The notes below the pieces were generated by a model that did no database searches, was not told the DNA's origin, and saw only the letters and a program-made list of their open reading frames with translations. DNA of 64,000 nt from Candidatus Enterousia sp. (GTDB lineage: Bacteria; Pseudomonadota; Alphaproteobacteria; Rs-D84): contig JAZLAV010000007.1 in assembly GCA_045613315.1 (NCBI GenBank), positions 1,785 through 65,784 of the forward strand. Direction: 5' to 3'. The translations under genes and the position numbers were made by a program. Below are positions 53,415 to 63,000 of the stretch, one piece after another. Position 1 is the stretch's first letter. Each line of letters begins with the position of its first letter.

Positions 53415-54731
53415 ATGATGAAAAGATATGCACTAAAACAATTAAAAGATTGGAAAAATAGCAAGATAAGAAAACCTTTGCTCGTTCAAGGGGCGAGACA
53501 GGTTGGAAAAACTTGGTTATTAAAAGAATTTGGCAGAGAGTGCTACGAAAATACAGCTTATGTTAATTTTTATGATACTCCAGAAGCACATAATGTATTT
53601 GAAGGATCTTATAATGTTGCAAATATAATTTCTGCTCTAGGATCAATCACTAATGAGCAAATTGTTCCAGGTAACACTTTAATAATACTCGATGAAATTC
53701 AAGAATGCGAACGTGCTTTAAACGCTTTAAAATTTTTCAAAGAAAATGCACCGCAATATCATATAGCTGTGGCTGGGAGCCTTTTGGGTGTTGCGCTAAA
53801 CCATAATAAAATGTCTTTTCCTGTCGGACAAGTGGATTTTATGACGCTACATCCATTAAGTTTTTGTGAGTTTTTAGAAGCGGTTGGTAAAGAGGTGTTA
53901 GCAAAAAATATACAAGAAAATAATATTGATGTGTTGCGTATGCTTCATAATGACAGTGTTCAATTACTAAAACAGTATATGGTTATAGGTGGTATGCCGG
54001 AAGCTGTCAAAACCTTTATAGAAACAAGAGATTACGAGAGTGCACAAAAGATTCATAAAGATATTTTGGTCAGCTATCAAAATGATTTCGCTAAATATAC
54101 AACAGGGAATAATGCGGCAAAAATAATGGCTGTTTGGAACTCTGTTCCTGTACAATTAGCAAAACAAACTAGAAAAACGAAAAGATTCTTTTTCTCAGAC
54201 GTATTCCCTGGTGCCAGATCTCGTAACTTAGAAGATGCGATAGAATGGTTAAGATTATCGGGGCTTATACACTTAGTTCCAAAAGTATCAAAGCCTAGTT
54301 TACCTTTGGCTAGTTATATAGAATCTGGAGTGTTTAAGGTATATATGATAGATACGGGCTTGTTAAGCACCATGTCTGGTTTAGCAGCAAAGACAGTTAT
54401 CGATGGCGATCGGATATTTCAAGAGTTTAAAGGTTCTCTGACTGAACAATACGTATTGCAAGAGTTGGTACTGAATGATATACGGTTGAATTATTGGGCA
54501 TCTGAAAGTGAATCAGAGATAGATTTTATGTTCCAACATGAAGGCGACATTGTACCAGTTGAGGTTAAGGCGAATATAAGTTTGCAGGCAAAAAGTTTGC
54601 ATGTTTATCGGCAGAAGTATAAACCAAAATTCTCTGTGCGAACGTCTTTAGCGGGGTACGAAGTAAACAACGGCTTGTACAATATCCCATTATACATGAT
54701 AGGGAATGTACTAAGAATTATTTCGGAATAG
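53415..54731 (+). CDS. AAA-family ATPase (AAA_14 plus DUF4143) with a PD-(D/E)xK-like C-terminus
   Basis: Walker A GARQVGKTW, Walker B LIILDEIQ, C-terminal SESEIDFMFQHEGDIVPVEVKAN. RBS is GAAAAGGGGAGA. Confidence 0.75.
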   Translation: MMKRYALKQLKDWKNSKIRKPLLVQGARQVGKTWLLKEFGRECYENTAYVNFYDTPEAHNVFEGSYNVANIISALGSITNEQIVPGNTLIILDEIQECERALNALKFFKENAPQYHIAVAGSLLGVALNHNKMSFPVGQVDFMTLHPLSFCEFLEAVGKEVLAKNIQENNIDVLRMLHNDSVQLLKQYMVIGGMPEAVKTFIETRDYESAQKIHKDILVSYQNDFAKYTTGNNAAKIMAVWNSVPVQLAKQTRKTKRFFFSDVFPGARSRNLEDAIEWLRLSGLIHLVPKVSKPSLPLASYIESGVFKVYMIDTGLLSTMSGLAAKTVIDGDRIFQEFKGSLTEQYVLQELVLNDIRLNYWASESESEIDFMFQHEGDIVPVEVKANISLQAKSLHVYRQKYKPKFSVRTSLAGYEVNNGLYNIPLYMIGNVLRIISE

Positions 54732-55372
54732 TTTGCTATTGCGTTTATCTGCTTCTTCTGTAGAACAAAGGTTTGCTTCTGCATAATTACGGCTGTCACA
54801 AAAGTCGTCACAGTCCCATTCTAGCCCACGATCAAATTGGTCGCGTGGAGTTAACTTTGGTTTAAACGTTGAAAAAGATTGGTGCCTATCCGGTATTGCT
54901 CGATATCTTAGCATACACATCTGATCGCACAGTTTTTGTTGTCGCACATGGTTATATCTGGCATTTTTGTCTCCTTTGCTGTGTGTATTAGCAGGTTAAG
55001 TTGGTTTAATCAACATAAAACACACTTATTTTTGCGCTGGTATTTTTATAGAAAAAAGCACACATTTTTCTATAAAAATCGATTCGTTTGAAAGTGATAA
55101 TTTTTTTGTTGGGTGACGCCGATGAACAAATTTTATAAAATTTAACAAAACTGTATTTAGATGCGTTTGAATATGCTTTTATATGCTTTTGATACATTAT
55201 GATACAATTTCATTGCTAAAAAAAGTTATATTTTCTGCGGCTTTTACAAGACTTTTATTTTTTAGCATGCTATAATTTGCATGTAAGGATATCAAAAATT
55301 GCTGTGAGTTTAGATGATACTTTATAGCGTTTTTGAACCGAACAAAACCATCAAAACCCAAAGGAGAAAAAC

Positions 55373-55636
55373 ATGGAACATGAGTTCTTGAATTATGGGG
55401 GGATGGAGAGAGAAGAAACAGATTACAGATTCATAAATATAAAGGAAGACGTTTTGGAAGGTAGACTTCTTAAACCAAGAGAAGCGGCTGCATATCTCGG
55501 ATCATCTGTTTCGGCATTAAGCCAATATCGTGCGCTGGGGATTGGACCAGAATACTTCAAAGTCGGCAAAATGGTACGATATCGCAGGTCTGATATAGAC
55601 AAGTGGCTTGAGCAGAAGAAAAGCAGCAAAAAATAG
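55373..55636 (+). CDS. AlpA/excisionase-family HTH protein
   Basis: LLKPREAAAYLGSSVSALSQYRALGIGPEYFKVGKMVRYRRSDIDKWL. It lies directly upstream of the integrase. An extended -10 TGCTATAAT sits at about 55267-55275. Confidence 0.65.
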   Translation: MEHEFLNYGGMEREETDYRFINIKEDVLEGRLLKPREAAAYLGSSVSALSQYRALGIGPEYFKVGKMVRYRRSDIDKWLEQKKSSKK

Positions 55637-55702
55637 TTGTTTCTACTGGATATTCCGTATTTATCGTGCATTGTTGTGTAGCTGTAACAAAGGAGTACAC
55701 AT

Positions 55703-56911
55703 ATGGCAGAACAATGGAAATGTTATACCAAGGCGTTTCGCGATACATGGATACGTCTGTTAAATTCGGATATCAATTTGCAGGTCAGTGATGGGACAAT
55801 ACCGGGGCTTTTCCTGCGATATTCGGCGGCAACACGCGCCATTAGGTTTTTTCTGGGCTGTAAAATCGATAACAAGAAATGTAATTTATATATTGGGCGA
55901 TATAACGATTATTCAATCAAAGATATTCGCGATATGGCGTGGAATATGCGACACCAGCTTGCCCAGGGACATGATCCACGTCGTGAGAAAATAGAACAAC
56001 AAATGAAAGAAAAAGAGGCTCTTGGCGAAAAATTCCAAGACCTTTTCCCGCAATATATGGATAAATATTCCAAGATTTATAAGAAACCAAGAACACAAGA
56101 TTCCAACTGGGGACAATATCGACTTTATATCGGCCCGCTATTTGGCAAGATGTACATGCGTCAGATAGAAGAAAAGCATGTAATGGACGCTTATACCAAA
56201 TGGGTAAAAAGGACGTCGTTTTCAACAGCCAACAAAGCATTATCACTATTATCTAACTTTTGGGACTGGTGCGAAATGTACAAATACGTAGATCGCAATA
56301 CAAACCCTTGCAAATATGTCCGCAAGGGCGCAAATAAAGTTTATAAACCGCAAATATTGGATCAAGAAGGATACAGGGCATTATCGCATGCGCTGGATGT
56401 TGGACCAGAAGTGTCTAAGATGCATCCGCGTTTGTTCAATGCATTGCGAGTGTTGATGCTAACTGGCTGTCGTGCATCTGAAATCACAGGACTAGAAGTG
56501 GACGAGCTTGTCCTTATGCATAAAGTGATACATTTGAAAGACAGTAAAACAGGAGCCCGAGATGTGAAACTGTCTGATGCGGTTATACCATATTTACAAA
56601 CTGCGTTGGATGAAGCTGTTGCACTAGGTAGCAAATATGTATTCCCAGGTGTTGGTAATATACGACGTCCGATAAATAATATCCGCAAACCGTTTGAATG
56701 GGCGCTTGAATATGCAAAGTTGCCACACATGCGGATACACGACCTGAGACACTCGTTCATCAGTATGGGGGCGAATATCGGCGAAAATATGGCCGCCATG
56801 AAGGAGGCAGCAGGCCACAGTCGCATAACCACTACCGAAGGCTATACTCATATCATGGACAGCAGTACTTACAAAGCCATCAATAACGTTGCTAATGCAA
56901 TATGTGGTTAA
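55703..56911 (+). CDS. int: tyrosine site-specific integrase (P4-like)
   Basis: C-terminal catalytic region TGCRASEI, HDLRHSFISMGAN and GHSRITTTEGYTH. A TGTGTAGC box (55675-55682) lies 20 bp upstream of the ATG. Confidence 0.9.
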   Translation: MAEQWKCYTKAFRDTWIRLLNSDINLQVSDGTIPGLFLRYSAATRAIRFFLGCKIDNKKCNLYIGRYNDYSIKDIRDMAWNMRHQLAQGHDPRREKIEQQMKEKEALGEKFQDLFPQYMDKYSKIYKKPRTQDSNWGQYRLYIGPLFGKMYMRQIEEKHVMDAYTKWVKRTSFSTANKALSLLSNFWDWCEMYKYVDRNTNPCKYVRKGANKVYKPQILDQEGYRALSHALDVGPEVSKMHPRLFNALRVLMLTGCRASEITGLEVDELVLMHKVIHLKDSKTGARDVKLSDAVIPYLQTALDEAVALGSKYVFPGVGNIRRPINNIRKPFEWALEYAKLPHMRIHDLRHSFISMGANIGENMAAMKEAAGHSRITTTEGYTHIMDSSTYKAINNVANAICG

Positions 56912-56970
56912 TTGTGCGCTGGTGCATCGTGGTGAGTCGCTTTTACCCCTTTTGGGGCTTTTTATTTAGG

Positions 56971-57104
56971 GGGTAACGGCGAGCGCAACACCTTGTCACA
57001 CACAGCAGTCCAAAATGTGTTCGCAGTTCGCACTTTGGGGTTGTAAACCGCAGAAATCTAAGAAATATGGGGTGCGAACACATGCGAACACCTAGTGCGA
57101 ACAC
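56971..57104 (+). repeat. iteron cassette A (unit GTTCGCAC)
   Basis: GGGTAACGGCGAGCGC (56971-56986); GTTCGCAGTTCGCAC (57019-57033); about 38-bp spacer containing CGCAGAAATCT; inverted GTGCGAAC at 57072, TGCGAAC at 57083, GTGCGAAC at 57095. Confidence 0.8.
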
Positions 57105-57118
57105 ATATCATCAAATTA

Positions 57119-57403
57119 TTAAAAAGTATATTTGCGACCTTTGTTCTGGCCGGTGGCAGTCAAAAAGCCTTTATTTACCAAAACAGTAAACAATTGACGG
57201 ACTCGTTGGGGTGATTTACCAGTCATCCTTACCGCGTCTGCGGCGGCGATTTCACCTTTGCTAATAATGACTGCTGCGATGGTTACAAAGAACCTGCGTT
57301 CGGTATCGCTCAGCATATCGATAGATTTATCGCTAGTTATATCGCTAACTTTTTTATCGCTACTAGCGATATATTGGTCACAATTGGAATTTTTATCATA
57401 CAT
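57119..57403 (-). CDS. small winged-helix DNA-binding protein
   Basis: The C-terminal AADAVRMTGKSPQRVRQLFTVLVNKGFLTATGQNKGRKYTF is wHTH-like. It lies between iteron cassettes A and B. Confidence 0.5.
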   Translation of the reverse strand: MYDKNSNCDQYIASSDKKVSDITSDKSIDMLSDTERRFFVTIAAVIISKGEIAAADAVRMTGKSPQRVRQLFTVLVNKGFLTATGQNKGRKYTF

Positions 57404-57534
57404 AAATTTGTGCCTTTTCTTTGATTCTAACCCATTTTTACGGAAAATCTAGTTTTTTAATAATTGCATAACAGCCCTGTATCGTGATGTATCATCGAAT
57501 ATAAAAAGGTACTGTCGGGACATTTTTCTACTGA

Positions 57535-57664
57535 GGGTAACGGCGAGCGAGGCACTTCGCTAGCGTCAGGAATAAAAAAATGGTTCGCAGGTTCGCACTT
57601 TGGGGATTTATTGCGTAAAAACAAAGCATTAAGTGCGAACCTAAGGTGCGAACCAGGTTCGCAC
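57535..57664 (+). repeat. iteron cassette B (unit GGTTCGCAC)
   Basis: GGGTAACGGCGAGCG (57535-57549); GGTTCGCAGGTTCGCAC (57582-57598); spacer; inverted GTGCGAACC at 57633 and 57646; direct GGTTCGCAC at 57656. Confidence 0.8.
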
Positions 57665-57945
57665 CCTAAATACAAAACAAATTCTCTGATTTCAATTCTG
57701 AAATCAATACTGAAATCAGATATGATATCGTGAGTAATAGAAGAAAGAAGAAAAGAAAATAAAATATAAAATAAATAAAAATAAAATTAAAAGAAGAGAA
57801 AGAAGTAATGTGTGTTCAAATTGTTGAAAAATTGTTGAAAACTCACGTACATCTGTTGGTATAAGTTATAATGCTTTGCAATGTGTTTATAGCAATCTTA
57901 ATCAATAATAATGTCAATAATCTATGGTAATGTATTGCTTTGCAA

Positions 57946-58074
57946 GGGTGATTACTAGCGCAACACCTTGTCACACACTGCAACAAAAAATAGGTGCGCA
58001 GGTGCGCACTTTGGATATTTATTCCGTAAAAACAAATAACTAAGTGCGTACCAAGGGTGCGTACCAAGTGCGCA
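57946..58074 (+). repeat. iteron cassette C (unit GGTGCGCAC / GTGCGTACC)
   Basis: GGGTGATTACTAGCGC plus AACACCTTGTCACACAC, shared with cassette A; GGTGCGCAGGTGCGCAC (57993-58009); spacer; GTGCGTACC at 58044 and 58057; GTGCGCA at 58068. Confidence 0.8.
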
Positions 58075-58113
58075 TCAAAACAAAAAAGGTACTGTGACGG
58101 AAGTTTTTATCAA

Positions 58114-58251
58114 GGGTAACGGCGAGCGCGGCACCTCGCTACACACAGAAATAAATTTTAAGCCGCAGGCCGCACTTTTTCTTTCTGTGTTGCAGAAATC
58201 TGGGATTTTAGTGCGGCTTTGTGCCGCGGCAGTGCCGCACTTATGCCGCAC
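58114..58251 (+). repeat. iteron cassette D (unit GCCGCAC)
   Basis: GGGTAACGGCGAGCGC (58114-58129); GCCGCAGGCCGCAC (58162-58175); spacer with TGCAGAAATCT; GTGCGGC at 58211, GTGCCGC at 58221, GTGCCGCAC at 58232, TGCCGCAC at 58244. Confidence 0.8.
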
Positions 58252-58602
58252 CAACACCTTAAATTAGCCTGAAATTAGACTTGATATTAGCGGTAAAGAT
58301 AAAGAAAAGTAGTATAGAAAAAGATAATGATAAAGATAAAAAAATTGATAATTGTAAAGAAAAAGAAAGTAGTATATACCGGTTCACAGTTGAAAATTTG
58401 TTGAAAAATTACGTGCATATGTTGGTATAAATTGTAATGTGTTAATCTGTTTTCAGATAAATCTATATCCAAAAATTTCTTATTTTTTTATCCAAATGTA
58501 TCGTGGTGTATCATAATGTGTCAACCCTAAAACGCGCAGAAAATAAGGACTTTACAAATCAAATTTTTTCATGCATGGTGGTGATGAAGCAAAGGATTTT
58601 TT

Positions 58603-58983
58603 ATGAACGATTTTGAGTTTGTTGTTGATTTGTTAAGCAAAACAGGAGCTGTTGGCAATTGCCTTATAGACCTGGAAATAACAAAACGGAATTTTATCGC
58701 TTTAAAGGGTAAAAATGATGTGCGGATACAAAAACAACTCAACATCAGTTTGCAAAGATATCACAATGAAATTGACGAACTGCACAGAATGGTTGGTGTC
58801 AATCTGCCATCACCAAACGAACCAATAAACCATAACCCCAGAAACGAATTGGAATACATAACTGACAGAATCCCAGCATATGTTGCTTTGCGTGAATTAA
58901 AAGGCGAAGTTAGAGAACGTACAATAGAATACCTGTTACCCAGATTATATCCAGAATGTAAAAACGAGGGAGACATAGGATAA
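58603..58983 (+). CDS. hypothetical protein (126 aa), first gene of the R-M-like operon
   Basis: RBS AAAGGATTTTTT before the ATG. No family recognised. Confidence 0.55.
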   Translation: MNDFEFVVDLLSKTGAVGNCLIDLEITKRNFIALKGKNDVRIQKQLNISLQRYHNEIDELHRMVGVNLPSPNEPINHNPRNELEYITDRIPAYVALRELKGEVRERTIEYLLPRLYPECKNEGDIG

Positions 58984-59011
58984 TATGGGATGTTCTACTT
59001 GACTTTATCCC

Positions 59012-60040
59012 TTGTTTTGGGCTAAGTTTTTAAGAAAGGAAAGGTTAGATCTCGTGGAATATGAAATTGATGTAAAAGAGAACATGATTTTGCAAAAGTG
59101 GCCTGATTTATTGGGAATCCTTTTGCGTGACCATACCACGGGAAAAAACATATTCTGGGCTACGGATCTTTATGAACAACAATATGGCCACCGTTACGCA
59201 TTTCGTTCTCAAATAATGCCAGAGTTAATCACTGGTGAAAATGGCAACATTATTAAGCCGCGTGTTGCAAAAACGAAGAAAGCACAACAAGACAGAGTTA
59301 AAGATAAGGCTGAAGTTTTTACACCGGCATGGATTTGCAATAAACAAAACAACCTGATTGATAACGATTGGTTCGGTTATGAAGGTGTTTTTAATAACGA
59401 AAAAGATGATAATACTTGGATGGCCACCAAGAAGCCTGTTGTATTCCCAGAAAACAAAACATGGGTTGATTATGTTCGCGAATTGCGTTTAGAAGTTGCT
59501 TGTGGTGAAGCACCGTATCTTGTTAGCCGTTACGATATCACCACAGGCAAAAAAATAAAATTACAAAATAGAATTGGATTATTGGATCGTAAAATACGCA
59601 TAGTAAACGAAAACGCGGCCAGCGATAGTGAGTGGCTTGCGATGGTAAAATGGGCATTCAAAAGCACATATGGATACGAATGGCAAGGAGATAATTTATT
59701 ACTTGCTCGCGAAAATCTGTTGTTTACATTTATCGATTATTTTGAAGACAGATTTGGCAAAGAACCAGATCTGGATTTGTTAAAAGAAATAGCAGAAATA
59801 ATCTCTTGGAACATCTGGCAGATGGATGGCATCCGTGGTGTGCTGCCATGTACATGTTGTAATTCAAAATATATAGATTTGTTCGGCGAAAAGACAATGG
59901 ATTGTTGTCTTGGATGCAAAACGGGTGACATTCATAGCCATAACGGAAAGTACTGCTATATCGGTGATTGGAACAAAATGACATCGAAAGGCCAACCAAC
60001 AAGAATTAAATATATTTCATTACTAAAGGGTAAAAAATGA
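59012..60040 (+). CDS. methyltransferase-fold-like protein with degenerate motifs and a C-terminal Cys/His cluster
   Basis: AEVFTPAWICNKQNN resembles MTase motif X. RLEVACGEAPYLVS sits where motif I (LEPACGSGAFL) would be. There is no NPPY. The C-terminus reads CTCCNSKY...CCLGCKTGDIHSHNGKYC. The track start is TTG; GTG 59054 after GGAAAGG is an alternative. Confidence 0.6.
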   Translation: MFWAKFLRKERLDLVEYEIDVKENMILQKWPDLLGILLRDHTTGKNIFWATDLYEQQYGHRYAFRSQIMPELITGENGNIIKPRVAKTKKAQQDRVKDKAEVFTPAWICNKQNNLIDNDWFGYEGVFNNEKDDNTWMATKKPVVFPENKTWVDYVRELRLEVACGEAPYLVSRYDITTGKKIKLQNRIGLLDRKIRIVNENAASDSEWLAMVKWAFKSTYGYEWQGDNLLLARENLLFTFIDYFEDRFGKEPDLDLLKEIAEIISWNIWQMDGIRGVLPCTCCNSKYIDLFGEKTMDCCLGCKTGDIHSHNGKYCYIGDWNKMTSKGQPTRIKYISLLKGKK

Positions 60041-63000
60041 GTAACTTTGAATCAGCTTTCAGTGGATATAAACTTATTTACGTTTTTAGCATGCCTTACG
60101 CAGATCACGAGGGCGCGTTAAAGATTGGTGAAGCAACAATAAACACTGATGGTTCGCCAGATGCTCTGACACCAAATTGCCAAGAGTTAAATGCTGCCGC
60201 TAACAAACGTATTAAGCAATATACACAAACAGCAGGCCTGAGGTACGATTTGTTATACACAGAACTTGCTAAGACAAACGCTGGTAAGGCTTTTTCTGAT
60301 CATGATGTTCATAAAGTTTTAAATCGTTCAAACATAAAGAAAAAACAATTTGAAGAAGTTGATGGATCTAAAGAATGGTATATAGTTGGTTTGGATGTTG
60401 TCAAAAATGCGATACAAGCCGTTAAAGAAGATAGAAAATCATTAGATCCGAACGAAGTGATTTCGTCTTGTACACCAATTCATTTGCGTGATGAACAGAA
60501 AGATGCAGTAAAGAAGACAATTAAACGCTTCAAATCTGGACACAATCGTATGTTGTGGTACGCAAAAATGCGTTTTGGTAAAACTTTGACAGCAATGTCT
60601 TTAGTTGGCGAGCTTGGGTTAAAGCGCACGATAATTATTACACACAGACCGGTGGTAAAAGATGGTTGGTATGACGATTTTAAAAAGCTGTTTTGTGATA
60701 AACCAGAATATAAATTTGCATCTCGTACCGTTGGGGAAAATTTTGCAGATGTAGAACGTGATGCGAAGCACGATAGATGTAAATATTTGTATTTTGCGTC
60801 TATCCAAGATCTGCGTGGAGCAGAAGCCGCTGGTGGGAAATTTGATAAAAATGATGCCATCTTCAGTACCGATTGGGATATGGTCATTATTGATGAAGCA
60901 CACGAAGGAACTCAAACAGAACTTGGCAAAAACATAGCCGAATTGTTAGTCAAAGACAAAACATACTTGTTGCAATTGTCGGGTACACCGTTCAACTTGT
61001 TGGATAATATAGACGAGGACGAGGTCTATACCTGGGATTATATTATGGAACAACGTGCCAAAGCAGACTGGCATAAAAAACATCTTGGTGAACCAAATCC
61101 GTACGCATCATTACCTAAGATGAATATATTCACTTACGATATGAGCCAAATAGAGGGTGGTAAATATGGATCTTATACCGAAGATAAATATTTCAACTTT
61201 TCTGAATTTTTCAAGACCAAACCTAACGGTGATTTTGTTCATGAAGACGATATACGTGGTTTCTTGAACTTATTAGTGAATGATAAAACAGATAGCAATT
61301 ATCCTTTTTCTAAACAGGAATATCGTGATAATTTCAGACATTCTTTGTGGATGGTACCTGGCGTTAAAGAAGCTAAAGCACTAAGTAAATTGCTTAAAGA
61401 ACACCCTGTGTTTGGAAAGTTCAATATCGCTAACGTGGCTGGTGATGGTGACGAAGAAACAAACTTTAAAGATGCGCTAGATTTAGTGCGTAAAGCGATT
61501 ACAGATCATCCACAAGACACATATTCCATAACGATTTCTTGTGGTCGTTTAACAACAGGTGTAACTGTACCAGAATGGACAGCGGTGTTTATGTTGGCTG
61601 GTGCATACTCAACGGCTGCATCAACATATATGCAAACTATATTCCGTGTTCAATCTGCGGCAAATATCAATGGGCGTATCAAAGAAAATTGCTTTGTGTT
61701 TGATTTTGCACCGGATCGTACATTGAAATGTGTTGCGGAATCAGTTAAAGTTTCAACTCGTGCCGGTAAAACGCGTGCTACAGATCGTGTAATAATGGAA
61801 GATTTGTTGCAATTCTGCCCGATTATTTCGGTAACAGGTTCACATATGAACCCATATAATGTCAATGGTATGCTTGAACAGTTAAAGCGTGCGTATATTG
61901 ATCGAATTGTTACGCATGGATTTGAAGATCCAAACCTGTTCAATCGCGATATGTTGTTGCAGTTGGACAAATCGGCAGTTGAAAAATTTGACGCACTACA
62001 ACAATTGGTCGGAAGTTCCACGTCTAAAAGTTCTGACACAGATAAAGCAAAAAAGATTATTGTTACAGATAACGGCATGAATCCAGATGGTGCAAAACAA
62101 ACCAATCAGCCGCCGCAAACACCTCTAACAGATGCTGAACGTGCTGCGCTGGAAGAACGTAAAGAGGCTAAATCTAAACGTGAAAAGGCGTTAAAAGCTT
62201 TAAAAGGTGTTGCTATTCGTATACCCATGTTGATTTATGGTGCAGATATTGATGTGAACCAAGATATTGACTTGGAACAGTTTGTCGACATGGTTGATCC
62301 GATTTCTTGGGATGAATTTATGCCACGTGGTATAGATAAAGAAGTATTCAAACAATTTATTCCATATTTTGATCGTGATGCATTTATTGGTGCTGGTAAA
62401 GAGATACGGCAACGTATTAAACGTGCTGACCGTATGGAACCAACAACCAGAACGCGTTTTATGACCGCACTGTTCTCCACCTTTAAGAACCCTGACAAGG
62501 AAACAGTTTTAACACCATGGCGCGTTGTAAATATGCATATGGGTGATTGTTTGGGCGGATATAATTTCTATGACTCGGAATACAAAAATCCAATTCCAGA
62601 TACCGAAGATGTAAGGTATATGGACATCCCAGATGTCACAGACGAAGTGTTTGGGCCAAAAGACACCAAGATTTTAGAAATAAATTCAAAATCTGGATTA
62701 TATCCATTATACGTTACATATACAATTTGGCGCAAAAGATGTACGGAAAATAATATTGATATAACAAAATTAACCGAAGATGATACGTTGTTTGCCAAGG
62801 CTCTTGAAACATGGGATAGCGTTGTTCAGAATAATGTTTATATCATATGTAAAACTCAAATGGCAAAAAGCATTACACAAAGGACATTATGTGGGTATCG
62901 TGATGTAAAAATAAATGCACATGCTTTTGATAATTTGATTACAATGATTAAAGATGGTAAAAGTAATAAGTTTATAGAAAAAGCTACCTCTTGTGATACA

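Noticed and set aside
54711-54947. 78-aa minus-strand ORF overlapping the 3' end of the AAA ATPase gene
   Set aside because: It has no convincing RBS, overlaps the ATPase stop region, and its composition is unremarkable. I left it unannotated, though a small Cys/Asp-rich protein cannot be excluded.
47760-56911. Integron-like cassette array, with the tyrosine recombinase plus repeated modules acting as attC sites
   Set aside because: The modules do not sit consistently at the 3' ends of co-oriented cassettes, since module III precedes a plus-strand gene. They lack the RYYYAAC/GTTRRRY inverted cores. The recombinase has P4-type rather than IntI-type features as far as I can judge.
48200-58260. 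CRISPR array as an explanation for the TGTGTAGC modules or the iteron cassettes
   Set aside because: The repeats are only 7-8 bp, abutting or irregularly spaced, with no repeats of about 28-37 bp alternating with unique spacers of similar size. No cas genes are present.
60480-62798. Several minus-strand ORFs (135, 98, 151, 70, 87 and 76 aa) listed in the track
   Set aside because: All lie antisense to the uninterrupted plus-strand ORF of more than 1,321 codons starting at 60037, which has helicase and methyltransferase motifs throughout.
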